NCBI RefSeq assembly: GCF_046119375.1
Contig: NW_027362773.1
Coordinates: forward strand, 244,094,001 to 244,158,000
Direction of reading: 5' to 3'
DNA: 64,000 nucleotides
DNA from: Phyllobates terribilis
Taxonomy: Eukaryota
The first letter of the stretch is position 1; the number at the start of each line of letters is the position of its first letter. Made by a program: the position numbers and the translations under genes. Of this stretch, positions 13,601-24,703 are shown piece by piece. The notes under the pieces were generated by a model. The model was not told where the DNA came from. It searched no databases and saw only the letters and a program-made list of their open reading frames with translations.

Positions 13601-16600
13601 GCAGCTCAGTCGCAGACGGACACTGACTGATGTGCTTAGCAATGCTTGCAGTATATAACCATGCCAAAAAAGGTCTGCTAAGTATTAGTGATCAGCATTT
13701 GGTACTAGTGTAAATCTCTAATTGTTACGATACTGGCGTAGTACTGCTGGAAACCAGTGGCCGAAGGAGTACAAGCAGGAACAGCAAGCGGTAGTAGAAG
13801 TTCTTGGAGATAGCAAGGAGTTGTAGAAAACAATCCATAGATAGGTGAGAACAGTCTGGGTAAGAATGTTCAGGAGCTGGAGACTGAAGCTAAGCTAACA
13901 ACAAGACACAATACTCAAGCAATGAGTGAGAGATCCATGCGGTTTTGAGATGGATTCCATAGATTCAGAATCTGCCATCTTAGTAAAGGGCAATTGTAGA
14001 ACACAACAGCAGCCTCCAGCGGTAAGGAGTGAACCTGCAGCACAATTATTAAAGTGAACAATATTGGCCACTAGTGGTCAAACTGTAGAAGGCAATAGAA
14101 TTCCTAAGAATAATGCACCTGTATAAAAAAAAAAAATGTGTTCTCATTTTTCCTTAAAAGGTTATTCCCAAAAAATAAGACCAGTCATGGTCTATAGGAC
14201 TTGCTGACTTGTCCCATAGACAATGAATGGAGTGGAGGTTGAGCATGTGCACCTCTTCTTTATTCAAAACCCTGATCTCAGTATCGCTGGCGGTCCCAGC
14301 AATCAGCAAGCTATCCTGTGGATAGGAAACAGTCCCCCAAAAACAAGTCATAACCCTTTCAAATAAAAAAATCTGCTTGTTTAAATGCAAACAATAAAGA
14401 ATGCAGAATGAGGTGTATAATGAGTTAGATTAGGGGCTGACTTTACAAGGAATTTTAACAGGATCTGAAAATTGTGTTGTGTGTATTTATCTGCATATTT
14501 CTATTGCACCGAATCTCCTCAAAGAAGCATCGTCATCCTCCTTGTTACTTACTTCTCCAACGTCCGGTTGCAGGTTGTAAACATGAAACATATTCTGTGA
14601 GCCTTCGCTCAAAAGCCTTTAGATCTAGACGGAAGAACAGATCTGTAAGAACATAAGCACCAAACAGTCTACTGTGAGCAATGGGCGCTATTAATACTGG
14701 ATAAAGACAACAGGGGGAAACTTTTTGCATCCAATCAGATCCAGTACCACTGCAGTCAATCACTGGGCTCAATGGCTCATGCAGTCTACACTGGTCATGT
14801 GACGTCACTGCTGCAGCCTGCAAATAATCAAAAGGAGCAGCAGTGGAGAGGCGGTGCTGGAGCAGGGTTTGCGAAGTAGAGCTCTAATTGTTATTTTTAA
14901 CCCTTCCGAAACTTGTGGGGGTAAAAAAGTTTAGTCCTAGAAAACCCATTTAATACCATACATATACAGCAGATAGGCACACTGTGTGGAGCAGGCACAG
15001 GAGCTGAGCCCGCACCATACAGTGCAGGAGACGGCAGTACAACTGAGAGTAACTAGCTACAGTAGCTCCCACCAATTCCATCAGTTTAACCTTTTAAATG
15101 CCATAACGGGGTAATTTAAAGGCTTCAACATGGAGGCTGTCAGTTCCAGTGGCCGTGTGCGCACCGATGAGATGATATAACAGGCAGGGGCCTGCTAGTT
15201 CCTGCCGTGTTAGAACGGCTATGACGTCACCCTTCATAGATCATCAATTTCACAACACACCACAGGTTCTAATCCCATAAGAGGACTAAAAAAAAAAGCA
15301 AAGCAAGCAGTATATACTTATGGATTTAATTTTAGATTTCCACATGCGTAACTGCCCAGACTAATAAAATATGGGAAACAACAAAGAAAATGCCAGAATT
15401 GCTGTTTTCCAGCTACAGCATGTCCCCTAAACAGAAAGGCGATCAAAAAAGCTGCACGTTCCCCAAAACGTTATCATTAAAGGGATATTCCCATCTCCAA
15501 GATCCTATCCCAATATGTAGTAGGTGTAATAATAATAATCTTAGCAAATACCTACAATTAGAAATGTAGTATAGTATTTCTGATTCGCTATGTCTCTTTC
15601 CTCATGTGCAGGCATTGCAGGAGCTTAGGTATTCACGGTTACGACCACTGATAAAGTGACAGTTAGCTAGCTGCTAGTGGTCGTAACCGTGGATACCTAA
15701 GGTTCTGAATTGTCTGCACACGAGGTAAGTGACATAGCGAATCAAAAATACCATACTACATTTCTAATTGGAGATATTTGCTAATATTATTATTACACCT
15801 ACTACGTATTGGGATAGGATCTTAGAGATGGGAATACACCTTTAAATACTACAACTCAGTGAAAATTAAACCAGCCCTTACAGGAAAAAAATAAAATAAA
15901 GTTAGGAGTCTCAGTATTTTATTGCACAATAAAAAAAATCCCCAAAATATTGCTTTTTATTTAATCATTTCACCTCACTTGGAATTGTTAATTTCCTGTC
16001 TCTCGGTACATTATATGATAACATGAATGGTGGCATGTCCGCAATCATTTATGCTGATGGAATAATAAAAAAAAAGGAAACATGGCTCTTGTACGAAGAG
16101 GAGGAAAATAATGAAAAATTGGCAGAAAAATTATCCAATGGAAGGGGCTAGCGTGCAGCATGGTGTCTAATGGACGCACAGTCTATGATGGACGCACGGT
16201 GTCTGGCGGATGCACGGTCTATGATGGACCCACGGTGTCTGGCGGATGCACGGTCTATGATGGACGCACGGTCTCTGGCAGACGCTCGGTCTATGATGGA
16301 CGCACGGTGTCGGCATGGTGTCTGGCAGACGCTCGGTCTATGATGGCCCCACGGTCTATGACGGATGCACGGTGTCTGGCAGACGCTCGGTCTATGATGG
16401 ACGCACGGTGTCTGCATGGTGTCTGGCGGACGCTCGGTCTATGATGGACACACGGTGTCTGGCGGATGCTCGGTCTATGATGGATGCACGGTGTCTGGCG
16501 GACGCTCGGTCTATGATGGATGCACGGTGTCTGGCGGACGCTCGGTCTATGATGGACGCACGGTGTCTGCATGGTGTCTGGCAGACGCTCGGTCTATGAT

Positions 16601-17303
16601 GGCCCCACGGTCTATGACGGATGCACGGTGTCTGGCAGACGCTCGGTCTATGATGGACGCACGGTGTCTGCATGGTGTCTGGCGGACGCTCGGTCTATGA
16701 TGGACACACGGTGTCTGGCGGATGCTCGGTCTATGATGGATGCACGGTGTCTGGCGGACGCTCGGTCTATGATGGATGCACGGTGTCTGGCAGACGCTCG
16801 GTCTATGATGGATGCACGGTGTCTGGCGGACGCTCGGTCTATGATGGACACACGGTGTCTGGCGGATGCTCGGTCTATGATGGATGCACAGTGTCTGGCG
16901 GACGCTCGGTCTATGATGGACGCACGGTGTCTGCATGGTGTCTGGCGGACGCACGGTCTATGATGGACCCACGGTCTCTGGCGGACGCTCGGTCTATGAT
17001 GGATGCACGGTGTCTGGCGGACGCATGGTGTCTGCGCGGACGCCCTATACCTAGTGTATTCTATAGATTTAGCACACTCTCACAGTGACACATTGTCTTT
17101 GCAGGCGTTTTAATAATATGCAAATCAAGCAGAAAAGTCAAAGAAATGTAAATGAGCAGTAACCCACCCCGAGGTTCCACTGCTCTAGGTCTCCATGGTA
17201 ACACTCACACGTGCAGTGCCCCCTGTGTGCACTACATATATATGCCCCCAGTCTCCCTGCACCCCGCTACTGCCGCACCTTCTGCCTGCTCCAGGGAATT
17301 CAT
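10616..17303 (-). CDS. CNEP1R1: CTD nuclear envelope phosphatase 1 regulatory subunit 1 (TMEM188), 6 coding exons, 125 aa
   Basis: Exons (minus): 17303-17279, 14624-14553, 13029-12956, 12807-12698, 12135-12081, 10657-10616. All introns are GT-AG, phases are consistent and the total is 378 nt. Translation [125 protein letters not shown] matches the vertebrate protein as recalled. Confidence 0.98.
12136..12697 (-). other. CNEP1R1: U12-type (minor spliceosome) GT-AG intron 4 of CNEP1R1
   Basis: The donor is GTATCCTTT. The branch site TTTCTTAAC lies ~11 nt upstream of the acceptor (..TTTCTTAACCAAATCTTCAG), and there is no polypyrimidine tract. Confidence 0.9.
13290..13584. mobile_element. hAT-like foldback MITE in CNEP1R1 intron 2
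   Basis: Near-perfect ~65-bp stem (13362-13510) and a right end GCTCATCACTA. The left end is degenerate. Confidence 0.65.
15481..15841. mobile_element. T2/Kolobok-type MITE, whole-element palindrome
   Basis: TTAA-AGGGATATTCCCATCTC...GAGATGGGAATACACCT-TTAA. The arms pair over ~165 bp. Confidence 0.9.
16170..17040. repeat. 36-bp minisatellite (two related 18-mers) with a 256-bp higher-order duplication
   Basis: Unit GGTCTATGATGGACGCAC+GGTGTCTGGCGGACGCTC. Variant blocks recur at +256 bp (16315/16571, 16416/16672). Confidence 0.95.
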
Positions 17304-17309
17304 GTCTGC

Positions 17310-17610
17310 CTCACTTCCTGTATTCTTGCCCTTTCAGAAAACCTTCATGTAACCGCCTCAGTGATTGGTCTACTCTCACAAGCCCATTCATCTGATTGGC
17401 TGCGGTTGCCCCGCCCAGCTATAGCCTCCCGTACGTGGTATCGTGATGACGTCATACGCTCGCTGCCTTTAGTCAAACGTGAAGAACGTACGTCGCGCCT
17501 GTGATTGGACAAGGTGGCTGCCAGTTTTACTCGGAGGAAACTCGTGATTGGCTGGAATGTATGGAGGCGGGACATCGTGCAGGAAAGGAGGACGGCATTG
17601 CTGATGGTCA
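17310..17610. promoter_or_regulatory. Bidirectional CpG-island promoter (CNEP1R1 minus / TIPRL plus)
   Basis: CpG-rich. It contains four ATTGG (inverted CCAAT) boxes at 17364, 17395, 17504 and 17547, a GC box at 17409-17416, a full CRE TGACGTCA at 17447-17454 and an ETS-like TCACTTCC at 17311. A plus-strand donor candidate ATG|GTCAGT lies at 17607. Confidence 0.8.
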
Positions 17611-20045
17611 GTATGGAGATGGTTGTGCCAGGCCGTAACTGGGGGCGCCGGGAAAATGTCTGCATAGCGCCTGCGGGGTGTGCGTGCATACGGTTCATAC
17701 GCGCCTGTGTACACACTGCGCTTGTAAAGCCGCAGCATGTGTGCGACATCGTTGGTCTCTGATAGTATAATGTCCCAGTGTCTGCCTGTTTCTCTCTCTG
17801 TCCAGCAGAGTCTCCTGTACTATGTTATACTCTGCCTCCACTCATTTAAAGTGACAGGCCCCCATATTGGTGCATTGGGTGTGACCCCTGAAAGGGATAT
17901 CCAAAAAGTGATTAAGGCAGGAGCTTTGGTGCAAGCCATCACATTCCACCTGTGTGACTGCCCCCACCAATCAGTGGAGAGCTTCTAGCCGGACCCCACT
18001 GCTCTCATATCATTGGCTTATATACAAGGGGGCTTTCTTTTTAATCACTATTTGGTGCTAAGCATTATTATTATTATTATTTTTCGATTGGGTTTCATTA
18101 GAAATATTGCACCGTTTGCTTTCTATAGCCTTTATTACTATTACTGGCTGCAGAATGAGTTAACTGAGAGTCAGTCAGTAAGCTTGATGTGGCGGGAGAG
18201 TTTCTGACCCTTAGACCTCATTCATACATTGTGTTTTTTTTTAACATACGAGAAAAACGAACAGTTTCAAAAATGATTTTTGGTCTGAGTGTTGTCAGTT
18301 TTTACATGAAAAGGAAAAAATAAACAGTTCATGATAATCGGACCTCACTCAGATGCCATCCGAGTGCTGTCCGATGTTTTTCACGGACTTATAGACTTGC
18401 ATTGCCAATCCTGAGCTGTCACTCCGATCAAATGGGACATGTCTCCTGGATTTTGCATGGACCGCTCTGTGCGTGGAAAATCATGGACATATGAATGATA
18501 TCATTGGTGAAACCTGTGTGGCTGCAAAGGGGCCCAGGAAGTAATGGGGCCACTACTACCTCCAAATCAGGTGGCCTCCTGTCTGTGTCCGCAGTGCCCC
18601 ATAGACTATTATAGGGATGAGGGCTATTCCTGAAAAACTGGGATAGCACTCGTATGCAAAAAGCGACGTCTGAATGAGGCCTAATCCATCTTATCTGGGC
18701 TCCTCAGAGCTAATTTATGTCTCCAAACCATATTCCATTAGAATGTGCAGGAATCAAAGAGCTGAGAAAAGTCAAACGGGCAACATTTATAATGAAACCA
18801 AATAGCAAACCTGATTTTTAGCCACAAATACAGACATTTAATGTCCCCAAAGCTGCTGGTCAACCCCATTAAAAATACCAGACACTGCTTGTAGACAAGA
18901 ATGGAGGTATGGAGATAAATCTACAAGATGAGAACAACCATATAAAGATGCTCAGAAGGGTCGTCAGTCCCCAGAACAGGTTACATATGGTGGATATGCT
19001 GCTGATTGTTCCTCCAGATTTGCAGATCTCATCCATACGCTGCGAGTGAATAAAAGTCACATGGAAATTGACTTGTAAGAATTTAAAATCTGCAACATCT
19101 CAGTTCTTTTAAAATGAATAGAGTGAAAGCTGCCCACGACATCCGCCGCGGCGGGCCCCACGACATCCAACTGTTGTGTGAACATATGTTATTCCCATGT
19201 TCGTAGGATCTAGGTATTGTCGGATAGTTCTTGTAAGTACAAGCACCTTTGCAATTTATTTCTTATTAAAAATTTGTAGCCCTAATTGAGAGAATAACAC
19301 AACTAAGCTTGTTGCTTGGGCGAATGACCACTGCTGCTAGTCAGCAGAACATGCGCAGTACTTACAAGCTCTTCTCTGTAGAGACTAAGCGCTGTCCGGA
19401 TCACTGGAGCGCACTGGTATCTCCTAATCCCAGCACTAAACAGCCGGGGTGGTCGGTCTCCTTGGCAATTAGATGTAAACAAAAGAAAAGTGTTAATATA
19501 TCCAGAACGGCTGCACCTTTTAATCAGCAGTAAATTGAAAAAGTGCTTGTCTTTATAAGCTCTATCCATCAATGAATGTGGTCTATATATGTTTTTATTT
19601 TCCTCCCACTTACTGTACAGGTTAGTTTCTGTCGGACCACTCTGGGCCTGTTCCACCAGAATCTGTCCATCTATGGAAATCCATGTTTTAGAAAAGCATC
19701 TGAAGAATATTGCACATGTCATTGTTTCTAGAGGAAGGAGCCACTCTGCATACAGGTTGTAGGGTTGTGGTTTAGGCTTGGCACTGATCACTTCCACATT
19801 GAGGTGAATGGTGCCGATGATGTTGCTTCTATGCAGGACTACCGGGACATGGCAGATGAACAGGACACTAATACGAGACCTGCTGATGGTGCCTGTGTCC
19901 TGGCTGGTATGTCTACACGGGACATCATCAGCACCGCTCACCTGCAGATGTGGAAACCTTTCTGATCTTCTCGGTGCATTGTCCTACTGCACTTCTCCTA
20001 ACAGTACCTTTTTTCTCTGTCTCCAGACCCTGACCGGCTCCAGCC

Positions 20046-20870
20046 ATGATGATTCACGGATTCAAAAGTAGCAATCAAGACTTTAGTTTTGGACCATGGA
20101 AGGTCACGGCCATCAAAACGCACATTATGAAATCGGCCGATGTGGAGAAACTGGCCGAAGAAATGAACATGCCCTGTCTTCCTGAAATGATGTTTGGGGA
20201 CAATGTCTTAAGGATCCAGCACTCCTCCGGCTTCGGGATTGAGTTCACGGCTAAGGATGGACTGAGAAGGGTGAATAAGAACAAGGGAATGGTCAAAGTA
20301 GCTTGTGCTGAGGAATGGCAGGAAAGCAGGTCAGAGAGCGAGCACAGCAAGGAAATCGTGAAGCCCTATGACTGGACTTACACCACTGATTACAAGGGAA
20401 CCTTACTGGGCCACGACCTGACATTTAATACCGTTCCTACCACCGAACGAATTAATACGGAAAAACTGAAGACAAGGGAGCAGATCATGTTTTTCGAGGA
20501 AGTGCTGCTGTTTGAAGACGAACTCCATGACCATGGGGTGTCCAGCCTGAGCGTGAAGATCAGAGTCATGCCTTCCAGCTTTTTTCTTCTCCTCAGGTTC
20601 TTCCTCAGAGTGGACGGCGTCCTTATCCGAATGAACGACACTCGTCTATACCACGAGTCTGACAAGACGTTCATGCTGAGAGAATACACGTCGCGGGAAA
20701 GTAAAATCAGCAATCTAAGTCATGTCCCCCCGCCACTCTACACCGAGCCGAACGAAATCTCTCAGTACTTGCCCATTACAGAAACCGTTTACGAAAAGTT
20801 AGAATTTCCAACGTTGACACAGACAGAATTAGGTGACTCTGCCGGTCCGGTAAGCCAAGTGGCACCATGA
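20046..20870 (+). CDS. TIPRL: TOR signaling pathway regulator-like (TIP41 homolog), intronless CDS, probable retrogene
   Basis: Uninterrupted 274-aa ORF with TIP41 motifs ([54 protein letters not shown]) and Kozak context CAGCCATG. A branch/polypyrimidine/CAG acceptor sits at 20026, and AATAAA at 21456. Confidence 0.97.
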   Translation: MMIHGFKSSNQDFSFGPWKVTAIKTHIMKSADVEKLAEEMNMPCLPEMMFGDNVLRIQHSSGFGIEFTAKDGLRRVNKNKGMVKVACAEEWQESRSESEHSKEIVKPYDWTYTTDYKGTLLGHDLTFNTVPTTERINTEKLKTREQIMFFEEVLLFEDELHDHGVSSLSVKIRVMPSSFFLLLRFFLRVDGVLIRMNDTRLYHESDKTFMLREYTSRESKISNLSHVPPPLYTEPNEISQYLPITETVYEKLEFPTLTQTELGDSAGPVSQVAP

Positions 20871-21535
20871 GGTGGTCTTCAGTGGAAGATACAAACGTAG
20901 CAATCTGGAAACTAACCATCGGCGTGCCGCGAACAGTCGTCCGGCACGTTGACGACTGTTGACCATATGCAAGCTGCACAGCGCGCCCTTGCTACATATT
21001 TTGTGTAGGTGTACAACGCTACCCTTGTAGAATACCACCGCGGTAACGTTGGCGTGTGCTACATCTGTATGCGATCACAATCATTCACTGTGAATATTCT
21101 CGCCCCACACAACATTACCACTTAATAATTTGTGAAATACTTGGGTTTCCCCAACACGAGATGCCTTAGTTTGTCTCTCTGTATTTTCGTGAGCCGTCCA
21201 CTCATGAAGGAAATACTCCGTGGGTTTGCTGATCCATTACATTATAGACTCCAAGCCGATTATATAAGGGGCCTCAGAAAACCGTGTGATGCCAACTGAG
21301 CGGTGGGATCATCTGCGTGCTCGTTATTACATTTCTGCTGACTTGCACTCAGGAGCCAAGTCCCCCCCCCCCCACCCCAAAATCCATCGACAGCTCACTC
21401 CGAACCATTAGAAAGTATTGACACATAACCCCTCTAGAGTTCATAAAGATAATTTAATAAAAAAATGTAGAAAATTAACGCTATTTTTGGTTTGTCTTTA
21501 ATATTCATCATGTCTGATCTTGTAGGTTTTTGGTA

Positions 21536-22965
21536 CAGTAGTGTTCAAAATAATAGCCGTATATGACTAACCAGATTACTCTCTGTCTTTAGTATATCAC
21601 GTTAGTATATCACCACATGTCAAACAACTTACCAGTTGGTGCAGTAGATTCTAAGAAAACCAACATGTTTTTGAGTCTGTGTATTTGAATAATTAATTGT
21701 ACGGGGATGTGTCCAAAATAATAGCAGGCGGGAGTTCAATTAGTGAGGTCAATCATTCTGTGAAGAAACAGGTGTGAATCAGGTGGCCCTTAGTTAAGGG
21801 TGAAGCCAGCACATGTTGTACATGCATTTCTCCTTGAAAGCCTGAGAAATGTAGGTCGTTCAAGACATTGTTCAGAAGAACAGCGTACTTTGATTAAAAA
21901 ATTGATTGGAGAGGGTAAAACTTATAAAGAAGTGCAGACAATGATAGGCTGTTCAGCTAAAATGATCTCCAATGCTTTAAAATGGAAAGCAAAACCAGAG
22001 AGACGTGGAAGAAAACTGAAAGACTACCATTCGAATGGATCGAAGAATAGCCAGAATGGCAAAGGCTCAGCCAATGATCAGCTCCAGGATTATCAAAGAC
22101 AATCTCAAGTTACCTGTGAGTACTGTGACAGTTAGAAGACGCCTGTGTGAAGCTAATCTCTTAGCAAGAAGTCCCCACAAAGTCCCACTGTTAAAAAAAA
22201 AAAAAAAAAAGATGTACTGAAGAGGATACAATTTGCAAAAGAACACATCAACTGGCCTAGCGAGAAATGGAGAAACATTTTGTGGACTGATGAAAGTAAA
22301 ATTGTTCTTTTTGGGTTCAAGGCCTCAGACAGTTCGTCAGACGACCCCCCAAACTCTGCATTCAAGCCACAGTACACTGAAGACAGGGAAGCATGGTGGT
22401 GCAAGCCTCATGAAATGGGCATGTTTCTCTTACTATGGTGCCAGACCTATTTACCGCATACAAGGGATCATGGACCATTTTGCATATATTAAAATATATA
22501 AATATTTTGTTGAAGACACACTGCAAATGTGTCTTCACTAAAATGCTGCCGGATAGCGCACTATGCGCATGCGTTGATTCCGACGCCGCAGTCCTCCCCC
22601 GGCTTCCGGCCCAAACAGAGGCGCCGCAGCAACAGTCCTCTCGGTCAGGTTTGTGCTTATGGCACCGGAGATCGCGGTATGCGTTCAGTGCCTACGCATA
22701 CCGTGATCTCCGGCGCCACACTCCTCTTACCTGTAACGGCTGGATGTGTTCTTCTGTCTGGGGCCTGAGAACTTCAGACAGACGGACACATCTACCGTTA
22801 TATTATAGATACTTGAAGAGGTCATGTTGCCTTACGCTGAAGAGGACATGCCCTTGAAATGGATGTTTCAACCAGACAACGACCCTAAACACACCAGTAA
22901 ATTAGCAAAATCTTGGTTGCAGTCCAACAAAATTGAGATTATGGAGTGGCCAGCCCAATCCCCAG
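21536..22965 (+). mobile_element. Tc1 transposon relic, interrupted and 3'-truncated
   Basis: TA-CAGTAGTGTTCAAAATAATAGC TIR. Fragments [35 protein letters not shown] and FQPDNDPKH..EWPAQSP. Confidence 0.9.
22495..22809 (-). mobile_element. Possible non-autonomous Helitron-like insertion inside the Tc1
   Basis: Minus strand starts TCTATAATATAAC, inserted at an A|T site with no TSD. A hairpin TGAAGACAC-N9-GTGTCTTCA lies near the 3' end. The canonical CTRR end is absent. Confidence 0.4.
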
Positions 22966-23159
22966 GCCAGGGTGTCAATCAGAGCAGGAGGCAGGTATCG
23001 GCCGGGTCCTAAAGTAAGACAGATTTAAGAAGGCGTCTGCTACGCCAAACGAAGAGATCTTCTGCAGCCATCTGCAGAGCGACTGTCTGTTACATCTGAC
23101 ACACCCGTGACAGACATGGAGTCTTCTGACACCTGCAAATAGATATTCAAGCTGTTTCA

Positions 23160-23760
23160 TGGTGCCTGGTATGCGATAAATGGGCCCAACTCCATAGTAT
23201 GAGAAATATCCCTAAACCATTTTGCTTGCACTTCCATGTTTTACAGTTTTCACAGTGTACTGTGACTTGAATTCAGTGTTATGGGTCATCTCACAAACTG
23301 CGACCTTTAGACCCAATCAGAACAATCTTACTCTCATCTGTCCATATAATTTTGCACCACTTCTCTTTAGGCCAGTCAATGTGTTCTTTGGCAAACTGTA
23401 ACCCAACGTGTCTTTTTTTCAGCAATGGTAATTTTTTAGGGTTTATTGCAAATAGTTTGGCTTCACGTAGGTGTCTTCTGATGGTTGCAGGACTCACAGG
23501 TAACTGAAGATCTTTGATCTTCCTGGAGCTGATCAATGGATGCTTCTTTGCCATTCTTGTGATTCTATGATCTATGTGGATGGTAGTATTAATTTTCCTA
23601 CCACGTGTTTTGGGTTTTGTTTGCTATTTTAAAGCATTGGAAATTTATTAAGCTGAGGAGACAATTATTTTTTGCACTTCGTTACATGTTTTCCACTCTC
23701 CAACTAACTTATTGATCAAAGTTCTTTCTTCTTCAGTACAATGTCTGGAACGACCCATTT
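23160..23760 (-). mobile_element. Tc1 fragment related to 21536-22965, opposite orientation
   Basis: [48 protein letters not shown]. Confidence 0.85.
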
Positions 23761-24648
23761 AGAGCAGTGCCTGGTTTTCTCCACACATACCGCTTAAATT
23801 TATAACCAAAAAGTTCTATCTTCGTCTCATCAGACCAGAGAATCTTATTTCTTATAGTCTGGGAGTCTGTGTATGGGATCTGCTCTCCATACAAAAGGAG
23901 GAATCGTCGTGTAGCGGTCTTCCTATACAAACCTGTATTATGAGCAATGAAACCAGAAGATTTTTTTTCCGCTTATCGAATATGATTACAATAAAATCCA
24001 GACATTTCTCATACTGTTTTTGAGCAAACTTTATGCGGGCTTTCATATGTCTTGCACTGAGGAGAGGCTTCCGTCGGGCCACTCTGTCATAAAAGCCCAA
24101 CTGGTGGAGGGCTGCAGTGATAGTTGACTTTGTGGAACTTTCTCCCATCTCCCTACTGCATCTCTGGAGCTCAGCCACAGTGATCTTGGGGTTCTTCTTT
24201 ACCTCTTTCCCAGACTCTTCTCCCACGATTGCTCAGTTTGGCTGGATGGCCAGGTCTAGGAAGACTTCTGGTGGTCCCAAACTTCTTCCATTTAAGGATT
24301 ATGGAGGCCACTGTGCTCTTAGGAACCTTGAGTAATGCAGAAATTCTTTTGTAACCTTGGCCAGATCTGTGCCTTGCCACAATTCTGTCTCTGAGCTCCT
24401 TGGGCAGTTCCTTTGAGCTCATGATTCTCATTTGGTCTGACATGCATTGTGAGCTGTGAGGTCTTATATAGACAAGTGTGTGCCTTTCCAAATCAAGTCC
24501 TATCAGTTTAATTAAACACAGCTGGACTCCAAAGAAGGATTAGAACCATCTCAAGGAGGATCACAAGGAAATGGACAGCATGTGACTTAAATTTGAGTGT
24601 CTGAGCAAAGGGTCTGAATACTTATGACCATGTGATATTTCAGTTTCT

Positions 24649-24650
<2 letters not shown>
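23761..24650 (-). mobile_element. Tc1 fragment, Passport/Eagle-like
   Basis: MSSKELPKELRDRIVARHRSGQGYKRIS..KVPKSTVASIILKWKKFGTT, KNPKITVAELQR and DSQTIRNKILWSDETKIELFG. About 150 bp of foreign sequence is inserted near 23870-24018. Confidence 0.88.

Positions 24651-24700
<50 letters not shown>
24650..24700. repeat. (TA)n microsatellite, target site of the next Tc1
   Basis: Read directly from the sequence. Confidence 0.95.

Positions 24701-24703
<3 letters not shown>

Noticed and set aside
16148-17088. Repetitive ORFs ([24 protein letters not shown])
   Set aside because: They arise from a stop-free 36-bp minisatellite in several frames and have no gene structure.
17345-17762. ORFs of 85-134 aa over the promoter
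   Set aside because: They reflect GC-rich CpG-island composition and show no homology motifs.
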